Positions 13,808 to 26,990 are shown, counted from the first letter of the stretch. The stretch is DNA of 64,000 nucleotides from Lytechinus pictus (GCF_037042905.1 NC_087252.1:22446001-22510000), one strand, 5' to 3'. The notes: generated by a model from the sequence alone, not told the origin. Translations and numbers: made by a program.

Positions 13808-15317
13808 CTCAGCGACATCTAAGAGACCATACGGTGTGAGTAAAAAATGATACTTCATAAATCGGCAATTTAAGGGGAAATATGTCATGAACACGAAATT
13901 ATTTTTTTTGCCTGAATGATTATATTCTCCCAAATTATTTGATACCATATTTATGTGGTATGTGTTTACGCTTAGATGATCAGGAGGTATTCTTTGCAGT
14001 GATGTAAACTTTCATTTGCGTCAAAGTAAGGCATGACTGTTATGAATGAATCCAGATGTCAATGATGTCATAATACGACAAAGGTTGCATTTAAAATCCA
14101 TTAAAAAAAGCTTTTCAATAACTTACATTATAACTGTTTCATAAACATTTTTAAGTATCAATTCTCAAGTTAATTTCATTGAATTTAATTAGTGGTAAAT
14201 TGCTTGATTGTCTCCTCATCGCGTAAACGTTGAAGGATTCGAAAATAAATCTTTGCACTTAGCATGATTATTGTATGGAACCCAAGTCGAGTGATTTCCG
14301 AAGTATACATTGTTTGCTCTCTATTGACTTGTCACTTAACTGCTACTGTAACTGCATCTAAAGAATGGATGAACATTCTTGGCCTTTATACTAAGTCAAG
14401 AAACTCTACGGATCAACTTATTATGACTTTAAACACATACCTCTTCTCAGAAAGGTCCTTTCCCCCTTTTTTTCTTTTATTTCTCTTTCTCTTTACTATT
14501 ATTTATGCTCACATCGTTATGTTGTATTCATGAAGTTTTATGATTATATTGTTTATATCATGGATGATTTTGTATGTTGCATATTATTATGTCACATTTG
14601 ATATTGCATTATTTTCAACGCAGAAATAAAAGTAGACAAACAATAATTGATGCTTATTCTTTGTAAACACTGTGATATCAGGCAATATGGAGATAATGCT
14701 AGTTACTATTATTATAAGTACTATTATTATTATTCTTATTATAATGATGATGATTATGACTACTATTATGACTATTATTTTATTATTATCATTATTTGTT
14801 ATATTATTAAAAACAGTGCATTGTTTTGTCATTACAATAATCGATAACAGCATTGTTATTTATTTATTTATTCAGTTTTATTTAAAAACAGGGTAGTCCT
14901 TTCAGAGCCCAAAGGCCTGCTTTACAAAAGAGCCCTGTAGACATAGAAAGATTTACAAGATAAATGAAATACAATTATTATAAAGTAAAATATAGTACAC
15001 AATCAAAATTACATGACATCTCAATGCTATCACATTAAATAATTCAAAACAAAACTTAAAAACCTAGATTAAAATCAAAAGACGGTTTAAAAGACGAAGA
15101 CAATCATAGAAATAAAGGAAATTACTTCAAAAACATGTGACTAAAATTAAACTAAGTAAAATTAATAAATAAGTTATAAAATTGACAATTTAATTGTTTA
15201 TGTTATCATACGTTGTGCATCATCAATGTAAATATCATTATTTGTGACTTTACAGGAGAGGTGTCACGCATTGGAAGCAATGATCAATCAGCTCTTGCTT
15301 CATTAATGGCATTACAG

Positions 15318-15671
15318 TAATAATAATATAATAATAGCCAATTTTTATAAAGCGCTTTTCCCTGAATGGCTCAAAGCGCGTTACAGCATATTATTACCCC
15401 GGTCATTGGATTCATTTCAATCCCGCACGAAAAATGCACAATTTCCACTCCCTGGGGAGCATTCCTTGCATTCATCGCAGCCTCATTATGGAGCTGGCAA
15501 AATCAAACATACAATATCTTTCGCATCCTACCGGGTACCCATTTAGCACCTGGGTCGAGAGTGGCAAAGTGTGGATTAACGCCTTGCCAAAGGACGCTAG
15601 ACCGCGGTGGGATTCGAACACACGACCCTCTGTTCATAAGGCGAGAGTCAGAACCACTACACCACGGCTCT
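15318..15671 (-). mobile_element. tRNA-derived SINE with (TTA)n tail
   Basis: Minus-strand A box (GTGGTGTAGTGG) and B box (GTTCGAATCCC), central body, L2-like 3' end GCGCTTTGAG...AAGCGCTTATA, TTA tail. Confidence 0.75.
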
Positions 15672-15700
15672 TCCTCTTACAGTCGTCTAGTTCTAGCTTT

Positions 15701-15953
15701 TGGGCCTCGTCTTACAAAGAGTTACGATTGATCAAATAAATATTAACTGTATGATATCCATCCATACTTCTTAGTAAATAAATCCTTAGTAAACAAAGAC
15801 AATCACACCGAATCGTCAAGAGAATGATGAATGTACGAATAGGCATCATATCTAGAAAATATTTAGTGAACAAATTTACATTTTAGATGTTGACGTTGCT
15901 GGCCGTTCATAGTGGTGATTGATCGGATCCATCGCAACTCTTTGTAAGACGGG
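15701..15953. mobile_element. MITE with long TIRs
   Basis: CGTCTTACAAAGAGTTACGAT ... ATCGCAACTCTTTGTAAGACG. Confidence 0.6.
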
Positions 15954-16562
15954 AATAAAGATGAAAGGTTTTTTTTATCAAAGACTCATTCCATCCCTCT
16001 TCATGCAAATTGGTTTGTAGGAATATTTAAGAGATAAAACAAGCATGACATTGATAATGATGATAGACCTGTAGTTGGCTAGCTCATGTTCTAGATTACC
16101 TCTTTTGCATATCAAAACATGAAGAAATTATCATTAAAGTTGGATGTCAAATAAGAGAATTACGGTACATTTAAAATCACAGCACATTGGATATGCAAAT
16201 GAGGGAAGAGATGACGTCATCTACTGACTATTTATTTTGTACTTGACAGATGGTAATGTTTCCTCGTGTACAGTGTAGTGTAATTTATCCTTGAATGTGT
16301 GGGATTGCCGCGTATTCTAAGCTTTTCTGACTCAAGACCTTCCTTACTGTCACATCTAACAATGAAAAAAAAAGAAGCTGAAATACTGTAGATATATTCA
16401 AAATGATAATAAAACAGTGTGTGTGACATCATCGGCTAGCTCATTGGCATATCACCCGCGAATGTCATGCGAACCGTCGTATCGCAACACCCCCTGCTTG
16501 TCTTCCCTCACACCCACACACCCTTGAAATGGCTAGGGCCACATTTCATTAAATAAGAAATA

Positions 16563-16762
16563 GGGCAATTCCATAAAATGATCACCCTTTTTGTACGTCC
16601 GACCCCCATTTTTCTCAAGTTTTACTTCACTTCATAAATTGACCAAGTAACCGTCCTTTGAGAACATTACAGACTGTCAAAAGAACAAGGAATCAGAGAC
16701 AGAACATTTCATGATGGTCCCACACACAGGGGGTTGGACGTATATATTTTATGGAATTGCCC
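16563..16762. mobile_element. MITE with 4-bp TSD, specific to duplicate copy 2
   Basis: TIR GGGCAATTCCATAAAAT; TSD AATA; absent from the paralogous site near position 65. Confidence 0.75.
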
Positions 16763-17658
16763 AATAACAACAAATGCAAAATTCTATACCAAGTTTACCG
16801 TCAGCCAAGCGAAGCGAATGATTTCAGTAGCTTTAAACCAATATCAAAACGTGTTTTATGAAACGATCGAGCCCCTGATTTCAGCAATGCCATGATAGAT
16901 TTTCAACTACCTTGGAGATGAAGGTAAATGGGGTTGAATTTAAATTAAAGTTTAAATGAAAATTGAGGTGGTTCAACTTGAAGGGAAACATTTGTATGAA
17001 AAATGTTGGGGTTTTTTACCTTTATAATCCCGCGACACGTACATAGGCCTATACATGAAATGGACAGTCGACAACGAAACTGCCTTCCAGGGGAAGTTTT
17101 GTTAGTGATTTTTACAGACTGATTGGCCCTCCGCCAATCAGGGTTCCGTTGCATAAACCTTTGCCATAAAAACTCTGGCAAACAAAATTAAGGCATTGAA
17201 GCTTACACATACAAAAATTCTGACCAAAAAATAGCCACAGTTTTTCTTTTAAGCAAAGGAAGATAAAATATTACATAATTTTTTCTGATTATTCTGCCAA
17301 AACTTTTGCTCGCTCGCAACTTTTCAGAAATTTTGCCCCATACACCAAGTCTGGTCCCCTCATTTTTTTTTTTTGGGGGGGGGCGAGGGGGGTGCTCGTT
17401 ACTCTACTGGTCAAAGACTTTGACAAAACGCTTCATGGAATGTTCTCCTAACTATGCTAGCTAATTATCATGAAGCTGGATCATTTAAGATTCAAAGCGA
17501 TCTATTGATTTCAAGCAGGTCCAGGTCATTTGGTATAGCCTACACTTTTGGGCGTCTCACTATGCCTTCATTGCCAAGTTCGAGAAGTTCCACAACTAGT
17601 GTTTAAAGAGAGGCTTTTGTACCTTGGTTATAGATGCTCAAATCAAATGGGGTTTTTC

Positions 17659-20600
17659 TTAAAGTAGACGGTTGTTGTACATTTTTTCATAGAACGGCAA
17701 TGCTTCGTTGGCCAACTGAACGACATCAGAGGTTACTGTATCAAGCGACGGAAGGTCTTGAGGTTTAGAGAATCCCGTGCTTGAGATCACATTTGTTAGG
17801 TAACTCGTGTTTTGACTGATTTCAGAAGACCACTTCCAGGATAGAATTACATCCAGAGACGGTTTCCATTTCAGCATTTGTGTTGTATACGGGAGTCCCA
17901 CAGCCTCGCAGTACTTAGGCATCATCCCGTCAGGGTTCTCCAGTAACTCCGAAGAATCAATGATAGGTGGTGCAGGATCGATGTTTTCTTTGATGTACAA
18001 CCAGACGTCGTGTAGACTGCTGAAGAATTTGGAGGGGTCTCCCAGCAGCTCCTTGTGTCTTCGTAGATCGAACTCATCCTCGTTGGTTTCATCTGCATGA
18101 AGTAGATTAACGTTTCTCAGTTGGTTGTAGTTGGCTTTATGCAGAGAAGAGTACACCAAGAGTGGATGGCGGATCAGAAAGGAGTGCCGATAACCTTCTG
18201 GAATAAATTCTCTCAGATCCCTTGATTGCATCGCTAGACCAATATCTTTCACGAATACGTTTTTTGCAGTGGAAGTCTCCAGCACCATTCTTATACTCTC
18301 ATATCTGCAGAAGGACAGAAAATAATACATTGATTTTCTTTTGATCTGTGGGTGTGTGTGCGTGCGTGTGTGTAGGTGTGTGTGGTCTGTGTGTCAGGGG
18401 ATGGTGAGTTGATATTTCAAAGACGAATCAATCAGATCGAGTCTATAAAGCCATTACACCGAAGCCGAATCAGCTGTGAATCCATCCAAATACACGTATT
18501 CGGGTGGTTTCGGGAGTAGGTTCTGCTCTCCCTCCGCGAATGCCAAAAAATTCAGGAAGGACTCGGAAACATTCGAATCCACACAGCACAAACTGCGGTG
18601 TTAACCGGTGTACAGAGAGGAACACACCAGTTATTTTACACCGGTGTTAAATTGACAGTGTGAGTTTAGCACCTATAGGTGTTATTGCAACACCTTTGGT
18701 TGTTACATGTACACTCTTTGGTGTTATATTCAATCTCTAGGGTGTAATTTTAACACCAGAGGGTGTGGTCCTCTATTAACACCCACTGGTGTCAGTTTTA
18801 ACACCACAGTTTTTACAGTGCACCGAAGCCATCCTAATTAGGCCGAAAATTCGGTTTTCGTGTATAACCCTGGCTTTAAAGGAAAATATAGGAAATATGT
18901 TCTGCAACGCTCCCCCATCAAAATGGGTCTACAATAACTATATATTCATTAAAAAAATGAATTCTGGTTATAGACTTAAGAAAAATGGTCTAGGTAATAA
19001 ACGGTTTTTTGGGGTATTAATAACATTATCATAATTATCAGGACCAGAGGCGTCGATCCTTGGGGGGGGGGGGGGAGGGGCAGTGAAATGAAAATATTTG
19101 GGGGGGGGCAAACATCGTTTTGCCCCCCCCCCCCCAATAATTCCGCATGTGCAAAAATAAAATAAGATTGTAATGTTACACATAAATCAGCAAGCGAGAT
19201 TGAGATACCAACTCGTTCTTTATTAAAATCGTGCTCAAAATATCCGCTTTTCAGATTGGAATATAAAAATGTTCACCTCGCGCTTCGCGCTCGCATCATT
19301 TCTGTAGAAAAAACTCTTAATTTTCATAATTAAATAGGTGAATAGAATGTCCCGTTCTCAGTTCTAAACCTCAAAAGAGCTCCCGCTTCGAAATGAAATA
19401 ATCTTTTGTTGGATATATATCTTGTTATTTATTAAAAACGTCCATTAAACTGTCATGTTTTTTCCAGATCGAATTATCAAAATTTTCAGCTCGCATCTAT
19501 TGTTCGTTTAGATACCCATATTAATCATTGGTACAAAAAATGCTTAGAATATCAAGCTTTCAGGTCAGAATATAAAGAAATTTCAGCTCGCTCTCGGCAC
19601 TCGCATTATTTGTGTATTGAGATGCATGTATCTATCCTCCTCGTGAGTTTCTACAAACAGTCCTAAACAGGTCCCTTTTTTCCTGTTTTCATGTCAGTAT
19701 ACTAAAAAGATTCAGCTCGCGCTTCGCGCCCGCATTAATTTCTTGGTGAGATATGTGTCTCTTTCTCATGAGTTATATATATATATATATATATATGCAT
19801 ATATAAATAATATAGGCCTGTGTGTGTGTGTGAGTTTGTTCGTTTTGTGTGATCGAGCGCCTTTGGAACGTTGATTCATGATTTTGCCCCCCCCCCCCAA
19901 TCTGAAAAATGGATCGACGCCCCTGGTCAGGACCCACTGGCAGAACAGTTTTGGGAACTGAATTGGCCACCTTGGAAAATATTACGTTATTATTATAATC
20001 ATTATTGTTATCATCATCATCATTATTACCATTATATGACAGAAATAAAAAGTTTGCTATAGTTTTTACCAATGTTTTCTAAGTGTAGGCTGTATATTTT
20101 TCTTCCTAAATGATATTAATTGTGCGATCACCAACTTTTAAATGTGGTAATATAAGAGTACATCCTAAGTCTAATAACTTCTACATTTTTTTAATTGTTA
20201 TTTGAAATGTGATTGATATGACTCTTACATTTCATGTCTTCGTCTATATTTATTACAATGAATTAAATTATTTTACAACTCAATATCTCTTCATTATTTA
20301 TATTTAATTCATCTATATTCAAATTTTAATTACCAAATCTCATGAAGTACTTTTTTTATACATTCCATATCAGATATCCACAAACTTACTAACAGTTTAA
20401 ATAAAAATTGTGACTCTGCATGTTTCATTAATATACTTTATTATCAGCAAAAATTATAAAGTTAAGAAGTGAAGAACAAGTAGGTAAATCATTTGTATAT
20501 GATTATATGAAATAAAACTGGACCTAAAATGGAGCCTTGCGGTAGGGTACATTTTACAGATTTAAAAATAGATTTAAAGGAATTGTATACAGTATAAAGT

Positions 20601-21121
20601 GGCATTTTCGTTTAGAATACCGTGAATACCTTTCACGCTATTACAAAATAAGCCCATTAAAAAGCACACAATGATCAATATGTACAGTCCAAGGGTTTTT
20701 TTTTAATGTAGAACCATCTGGACTTACAATAAAGCACGGCATTAACAAATTGTATTGTTCATAGTATGATAGTTTCTTATTTTCGGCACATCGTGCAATA
20801 TACGATTCAACACGACACATTATGTACTTACGACAACGCTTCTGGTTGGAACTTTCGGGCCCTAAATTTCCCAATATACTGAGCTGCCTTATCAAAGGCG
20901 ACCTCATTTCCCTCATACGATGTCGGCAGATCGATGCCCTCGTTTAACTCGTAGTTGATCTTTGCGATATTGGCAAATCCGAATGGCTCTGGCCATATCT
21001 CGACCCCAGGAATCTGTCCCATCGAGCGTGTAAACGCTGTGGATACACATCTGTAGGTAGTCCACAATATTACTCGGTTTGGCATGTTGGAAGAACCTAC
21101 GGGTTGGGATGGTCCGGACAT
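17659..21121 (-). CDS. P-loop sulfotransferase-like protein, paralogue 2, 311 aa
   Basis: Exons complement(join(17659..18304,20832..21121)). Same splice sites and exon lengths as paralogue 1; open frame; about 96-97% nucleotide identity in the 3' exon. Confidence 0.85.
18582..18820. mobile_element. EnSpm/CACTA-like MITE, specific to copy 2
   Basis: Ends CACAG...TTTTTACAGTG; 2-bp TSD CA; empty site at ~2036 in copy 1. Confidence 0.75.
19045..19925. mobile_element. Non-autonomous hAT-like DNA transposon (duplicated together with 2265-3147)
   Basis: Same TIRs and same insertion site (TSD ATCAGGAC/GTCAGGAC), so the insertion predates the segmental duplication. Confidence 0.85.
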
Positions 21122-21186
21122 TCTGGTAAATGAAGCACACTTGAAGATTGGATTGAAATTATTACTTTCTCCTGGGTTTATGGCTA

Positions 21187-21376
21187 TAGTCTGCAGGCAC
21201 AGACCCTGATTGAAACTTTGATCAGCAAGTGTGTCTCCACGCAAAAACTAGCACATATAATATATGATATATTCAATACTTGTTGTTTTAGCGAGAGGGC
21301 CTTCAGTATACACAAGGCATGGGAAGGCTATACATTCAGACCCTTAACTCGAGTGAAGGTTTTGCACAGCTGACTA
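21187..21376. mobile_element. TAGTC..GACTA-terminated MITE (Academ-like), specific to copy 2
   Basis: Flanked by the direct repeat GTTTATGGCT; empty site at ~6270 in copy 1. TAG..CTA ends are typical of Academ. Confidence 0.6.
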
Positions 21377-21719
21377 GTTTATGGCTGCCCCGAGCTGTAT
21401 ATCCTAGATCTGTATCGTTTTGATGAGCGTATTGCAGTATCAGATATTCATATTATAATGATATAGGCCTGGTCACCGTACCATATTATGATATTTCCGT
21501 TCATATCATATTTGGTACACACAATGGGTTTTTAACCCCGACGACCTTGGGCAGAATATCTGGTATTATTGTCGTCATCCTTTCATCTGTTTGGTGAAGA
21601 ATACTTTTGACCGCGCTTACTGACCCAGTGTCTTTCATTTTTGTTGTTCTTTACAAAGAGAAAACATTGAAAGACAAAATATCATCTTTTCTCGTCCTCT
21701 TAGCAAATGTTTATCATAA

Positions 21720-23272
21720 TGGCGGACCAAAAAAGAAAAAAAAGGGGAAGAAAGAAAAAAAAAAGGGAAAATAGAGGAGAAAAAAGAAGAGGAAAAATAA
21801 AAGCAGGAAGACGAGTGAATAAAATAAGATGAGGGGAAGACCTGGAAAAATAATTTTAAAAAAAAATATTTCATGTCACTATATAAAGTTTTCGCTCGCG
21901 CTTGCATTGCCTGTATTATATGTGATTTGTATATCTTGCTCATTATCGAGCTTAAAATATCAAGTTTTGAAGTCCATGTACAAAACATAATTCAGCTCGT
22001 TATTTCATTATTTTGTTTGATTTACAAATTGATTTTTAAAAAGTTCTCTGTATCCAATTTTATGGTCTGAATATTAATATTTTCTGCTCGCCTTGAGCGC
22101 TCGCAAAATTTGATTTGTCAGGTACCTATTATTTTCGTGTATTCCACAAAGTTCTCGAAATATCCCTATTCAGGTCTGATTGTCAAAACGTATTAGCTAG
22201 CGCTACACGCTGCATTTTGACTGGTGAGTTATGTATATCTCAATATTAATTCTATAACAAATTACTTAAAATCCCAAATTTCGTTACAATTTACAAACAT
22301 TTCTGCTCGCGATCTGCGCTCGCATTAATTGTTAAAAATATTAACTCATGCATCCTATTCAAGTGCTTGATTGTTCAGTTTTCAGGTCATAATATTAACA
22401 GATTTTGCGCTCTCATTATATAGGCTTATTAGATCAATAAAGAAATTAGATTTTAATTTCATAATTAAATTGTCCCTTTTTTCCAGAACGGAATATCGAC
22501 AAGTTTCATCTCACGCTTGGGAAGAGAAATAGGAAGATAATCATCATTTTCATAAGATGACGAAATATCCTTAAATGTCCCGGTCCTATGTCAAAACTCA
22601 AAGTAATAATAAAATCAGCTCTTTATCAAGTGCGATCTAGATCCGCCTCACAATTTTCCTTCACAGTACTTGAAATATAGAGCTTAAATTAACACTTTTT
22701 CAGATCGGAGTATCAAATATTTTAAGCTCGCGCTTCGCGCTCGCATTATTAATGTAGGAAGATCCCCAAGTACTCACCCTTTCATGATTTACAAACCATG
22801 AATAGTGTCCGGTTTCTAGGTCTAAATCTCGAATTTTTCCGCTCGTGCTCGCATGTTTAGTTTATCATAATAACGATTAGATTACAAATTTTCATGATAA
22901 AAATTGTATTTAGAGTGCTCAGATTCTAGGTCTAAGTCTGAAACACGCCCACGCATGTCTGTTGAGATACACAGCCTTTTCTCTATTAAAATCATCCAAT
23001 TTCAGATCAGAATATCAAAAAATTTCTGCCCGCGCTTTGCGCTCGCATAATTAATGTAGGAAGATCAATTCGCAGCCACAAATGCGTAGTCTTCGCCAGA
23101 TCAGACGTATCTTTTGCGTTAAGCATAACAGCAAAGACAATAACTGCAGCTTCCGCCTAGATTATAGGCTATTGTGGCTATGGCATTTTCTCTATTAAAA
23201 TCATCCAATTTCAGATCAGAATATCAAAAAAAATTTGCCCGCGCTTTGCGCTCGCATTATTAATGTAGGAAG
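21720..23272. repeat. Degenerate member of the GCGCTTCGCGCTCGC-motif DNA transposon family
   Basis: Similar to 3830-4990 and (inverted) to 12000-13400; no intact termini seen. Confidence 0.55.
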
Positions 23273-23334
23273 CTCGCCAATTACACAAAAACTGCAGCGG
23301 CCGCCTTGCTTCAATTCGCAGCCACAAAGGCTGT

Positions 23335-23517
23335 GACTGGGCGTTGTGGCGTGCGCCTGTAATCCAAGCTGTGGGGAAGTTACAAATTGATGCAGAGGTT
23401 CGAGCCCTGGTCACGTCTTTCGGATGGTGACGTTAAAGGTCGGTCCCAGACGTAAATAATCATATCTGATTGATACACGTCTGACAAAACTCAAATACAC
23501 ACACACACATACATTTT
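23335..23517 (+). mobile_element. Candidate 7SL-derived SINE
   Basis: Head ACTGGGCGTTGTGGCGTGCGCCTGTAATCCAAGCT resembles the 7SL 5' Alu domain; B box GGTTCGAGCC; Deu/Nin-like motif; 3' hairpin CAGACGT..ACGTCTG; (CA)n tail. No clear TSD. Confidence 0.65.
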
Positions 23518-23831
23518 CGTTTAGAATTAACGTTCTTTGTTTGCTTGTTTCTTTCGTCTCTTTGGGTTACAATTTTATATGCTTTGAGAATTCTACACGT
23601 GCAATAAAGAGTCCGAGAATAATACAAAAATAATATATAAAAGATATATATTTAATGGTCCGCAATGATTGTACAACATCCACTAACCAATAAAATGCAG
23701 GCATCCGTTAGTAGGGAGTTCTTGCACTGCGACGCAGAACGCTTACAGGTGCATAGAAAATCTATTGTCAATTTGCCTCATGACAAAGAGCAACCAAAAA
23801 GAATTAGTGAATCAAGACAGCAGTTTCTTCC

Positions 23832-24015
23832 AGTGGTGTGTTTCATAAAGCTGTTCGTAAGTTAAGAGCGACTTTAAGAACGACCGGTGAACCTTTCTTA
23901 CGCGCTAAACCATCGCCAATGAACGTTTTGGTGTATCCCACTTACCACAAGAAAGGATCACCAGTCGTTCTTAAAGTCGCTCTAAACTTACGAACAGCTT
24001 TATGAAACACCCACC
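23832..24015. mobile_element. Palindromic Harbinger-like MITE (copy 1)
   Basis: ~55-bp TIRs GTGTTTCATAAAGCTGTTCGTAAGTT...; second copy at 24322-24493. Confidence 0.7.
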
Positions 24016-24321
24016 TGGACTCTAGACAAAAGACATATATGCAATTTTCGTCAGCTCCGAAACTGCTGTTCCGGTTCACCAATTTTCGACACCCCCCCCC
24101 CCCCTCCGGCTGTTTATTTTGATTTGATTTGCATTTTTAGTAAAATGATTTTGTTCTTGGATTCGTTCTGCGATGCGGTGGCAAAAACTCGCTATTGCAC
24201 GAATACATTTAGTACCTGATTATTGTATCACGATTGCTGGCCTACTGCCCACATCAATCAATAAGGGACATTAGTTTTCATAAACATGTTATATGAAAAC
24301 AAAACATGGGACTTACATAGC

Positions 24322-24493
24322 TGGTGTTCGTTTCATAAAGCTGTTAAGTTCAGAGCGACTTTAAAAACGACTGGTGATGCTTTCTTACGCGCAAAACCAT
24401 CGCTAATGAATATACCATTTGCCATAAGAAAGGATCACCAGTCGTTCTTAAAGTCGCTCTTCACTTACGAACAGCTTTATGAAACACCCACCC
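24322..24493. mobile_element. Palindromic Harbinger-like MITE (copy 2)
   Basis: Same TIRs as 23832-24015. Confidence 0.65.
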
Positions 24494-26990
24494 GGATTCA
24501 TATCATTTTTTTTATTTAAAGGAGAACGATTTCACACAGTGTCTATAGTAGATTGGAAGTAGGAATGATTTAAACTTCGATTTCATATGAATCTATCGAA
24601 ACTTTAAGTTAGAATTTCATTTATCTTATATTATACATTAAAGTTTTTATTTCTATAATATGTTTTTCTACTCATGTGCATATTCGCAGTAAAAGACAAT
24701 GAATACAATCATACAATAATACAATTTCATAAAATATAAATATATGTGCCTATGGAAGATTTCATCCATTGAATATTAAATGACCGTGCTACGTGCAGGC
24801 CTATATTGCATTCCAAAATATGTTGGATAAAAATGCGATTCGGCAATTAATAACATGAGATACATTTTGCGATTTCGCAAGCTCGAAATCCCCTCGAATA
24901 CATACAATGCAATGAAATGACAAAGCCTATTACATTCAAGAATATATTTTCTATGTTCATTAAAGGAGGTGAGATTAAACCTACAACATATACAAGTTTG
25001 TCATCTTATTATTCTGTTATTGATAACAAAACTGTATATTGTTAATATTCGATTATATAGTTATTTCAAGATTCAGTTACAAAAAAAGAGAAGTGCATGT
25101 ATATTCACAAATATAATTTGTATAATTAGAAAGGACGATAAACTTGATAGAATTTATAAATTATCATTCCTATTATCTGAAAATAATATTTGGTGCATGC
25201 TCATTTGAAATAAAACATGTTGGAATGGGGTATGTATCGAGACAGCACTCCTCCAGTTCTAACGGAAAGCAAGAAAACAAATATGAGAATGAAATGGAAG
25301 ATAAAAAAGAGATAGGGGTAAAAGGAACAACGGATATGAGGAGTAAAAGGGAAACCAAGAAAGAGTAAATAAGGGTGTAAATAAAATAGGTCTCTACTCC
25401 GTTATCTAATTGATACAATAGATGACGTCACAATTCAGTCGTATTGGCCTGTCCCCCCCCCCCCCCCCCCCTCTGAAACATTATCCTGTCCATTTCTCAC
25501 TGTAAAAACGCTGCTTAAAATTTTAAGCACGTTGTTTAAGCCCGTAAGTCTAACAACAATTGTTTTAAAAAAAAAAACAACTGTTTAAACTTTTTAACAA
25601 GTTGTTTAAAAAGTTTAAACAATTACAACTTTTAAACAAATTGTTGTCAGAGTGACATGCATAATCAACGTGCTATTTTTTTTTTAATGTGTGCACTGTT
25701 TTTGGAATAAATATATCCAGCCCATTTCTCTTCTCCTGATGAATTCTGTGCTCGCAGCAATATGTCAGGAGATCCTCTGACAATGTTTATACTTGATAAG
25801 GTCTTCATGATAGATACATGTATGAGCATGGTGCACGTCTCTGTCAATCCGCACTGTAAAAAAAACATAGCCAAATATCTTGAGCTGAAACATCGAAACT
25901 CATTGAGGATATTACGATTATTATATCTAAATAAATAGAGTATAATTTGTTGAGAAAAACGCTGAAAGTTTCGTGAAAATGTGATGACAAATAACGAAGT
26001 TAATGAAATTGAAAATTGAATAAAAATTTGGGAGAAAGAGTTATATGCACGCGGTCATGAATATGCAGTAGATGGGCCGATGATGTCATACCCCCACTTA
26101 TATCCAATTACATGAAGTCATAAATATTTAATATCTCCAAACAAGTGTGTATGATATGTCTCTCTTGCAACAAAATACGTTATAGCAATGATTTTCTCAC
26201 ACATTAAATCAGTCCATCTATATTATATATATATTTTTTTCCCATTCTTAGAGGACAAAAAAAATAGATTCAAATTAAATAATTTCATGTAATCAAATAT
26301 AAAATAATAAGTGGGGAAGTGATATCATCAGCTTGCGTTATCATGAAAACATGCTTAGAACTGTAATACCGAAATAATGCAAAATAATAACAAAGGTCAA
26401 AACTTTTTTGCTACTTGTCGTCAGTCTTTGTTTGTCTGATTTCACTTCTTTTCTGTTCAAGTCATATTATTTTCAGCCTGGAGTACCCCTTTAATTTCAA
26501 GACATTTCATTACATCCGTTCCATTTCCACATGGTCTATTTTATACCGCTTTTCGATCAAAATGTCAATCCGTTAAATTGTTTTTTTTAATATCTTTTTC
26601 CCCTCCACAGGGATTTTATTGGCAATCAAAAATCAATAGATACAGAGTACAATGAATACAATCACTGATATAAACAATGAACTGACAAGTGTAACAAAAA
26701 AATTTTACATGTGGAAGTCAAACAATAAAGAGATTTTTCAATCGAAACCATCTTTTGTCAATCTGCGTTGTTTAAAATTAAGTTGGGCAATGTATTTCTC
26801 ATTTTGGTAATAATTGATTATTGCGGATTTAATGATACTGAAAAGAGGAATTGTATTTGATTCATATTACTTTGCATCATGTTTGAATGGAATATGAAAT
26901 GCAGAACTGAATTTAATTTAATTGAAATGTGGATGGATAGACGGGTGGTTAAGTTCATAAATTATGAATTTGTTAAATGGATATTATATC

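Larger units (their letters stand above)
16495..21718. repeat. Second copy of a tandem segmental duplication (homologous to ~1-6485 plus 10680-10805)
   Basis: Collinear homology of exons, intron and flanks: 16496 matches position ~1, 21380-21605 matches 6270-6485, and 21604-21718 matches 10680-10805. Confidence 0.85.

Noticed and set aside
20828..21244. N-terminally extended paralogue 2 (138-aa ORF)
   Set aside because: The extension starts at a non-ATG codon inside a copy-specific MITE and crosses a splice acceptor.
23335..23517. Functional 7SL (SRP RNA) gene or human Alu contamination
   Set aside because: No S domain and only ~180 nt; similarity to Alu stops after ~45 nt, with no dimer or poly(A), and the body is not Alu.
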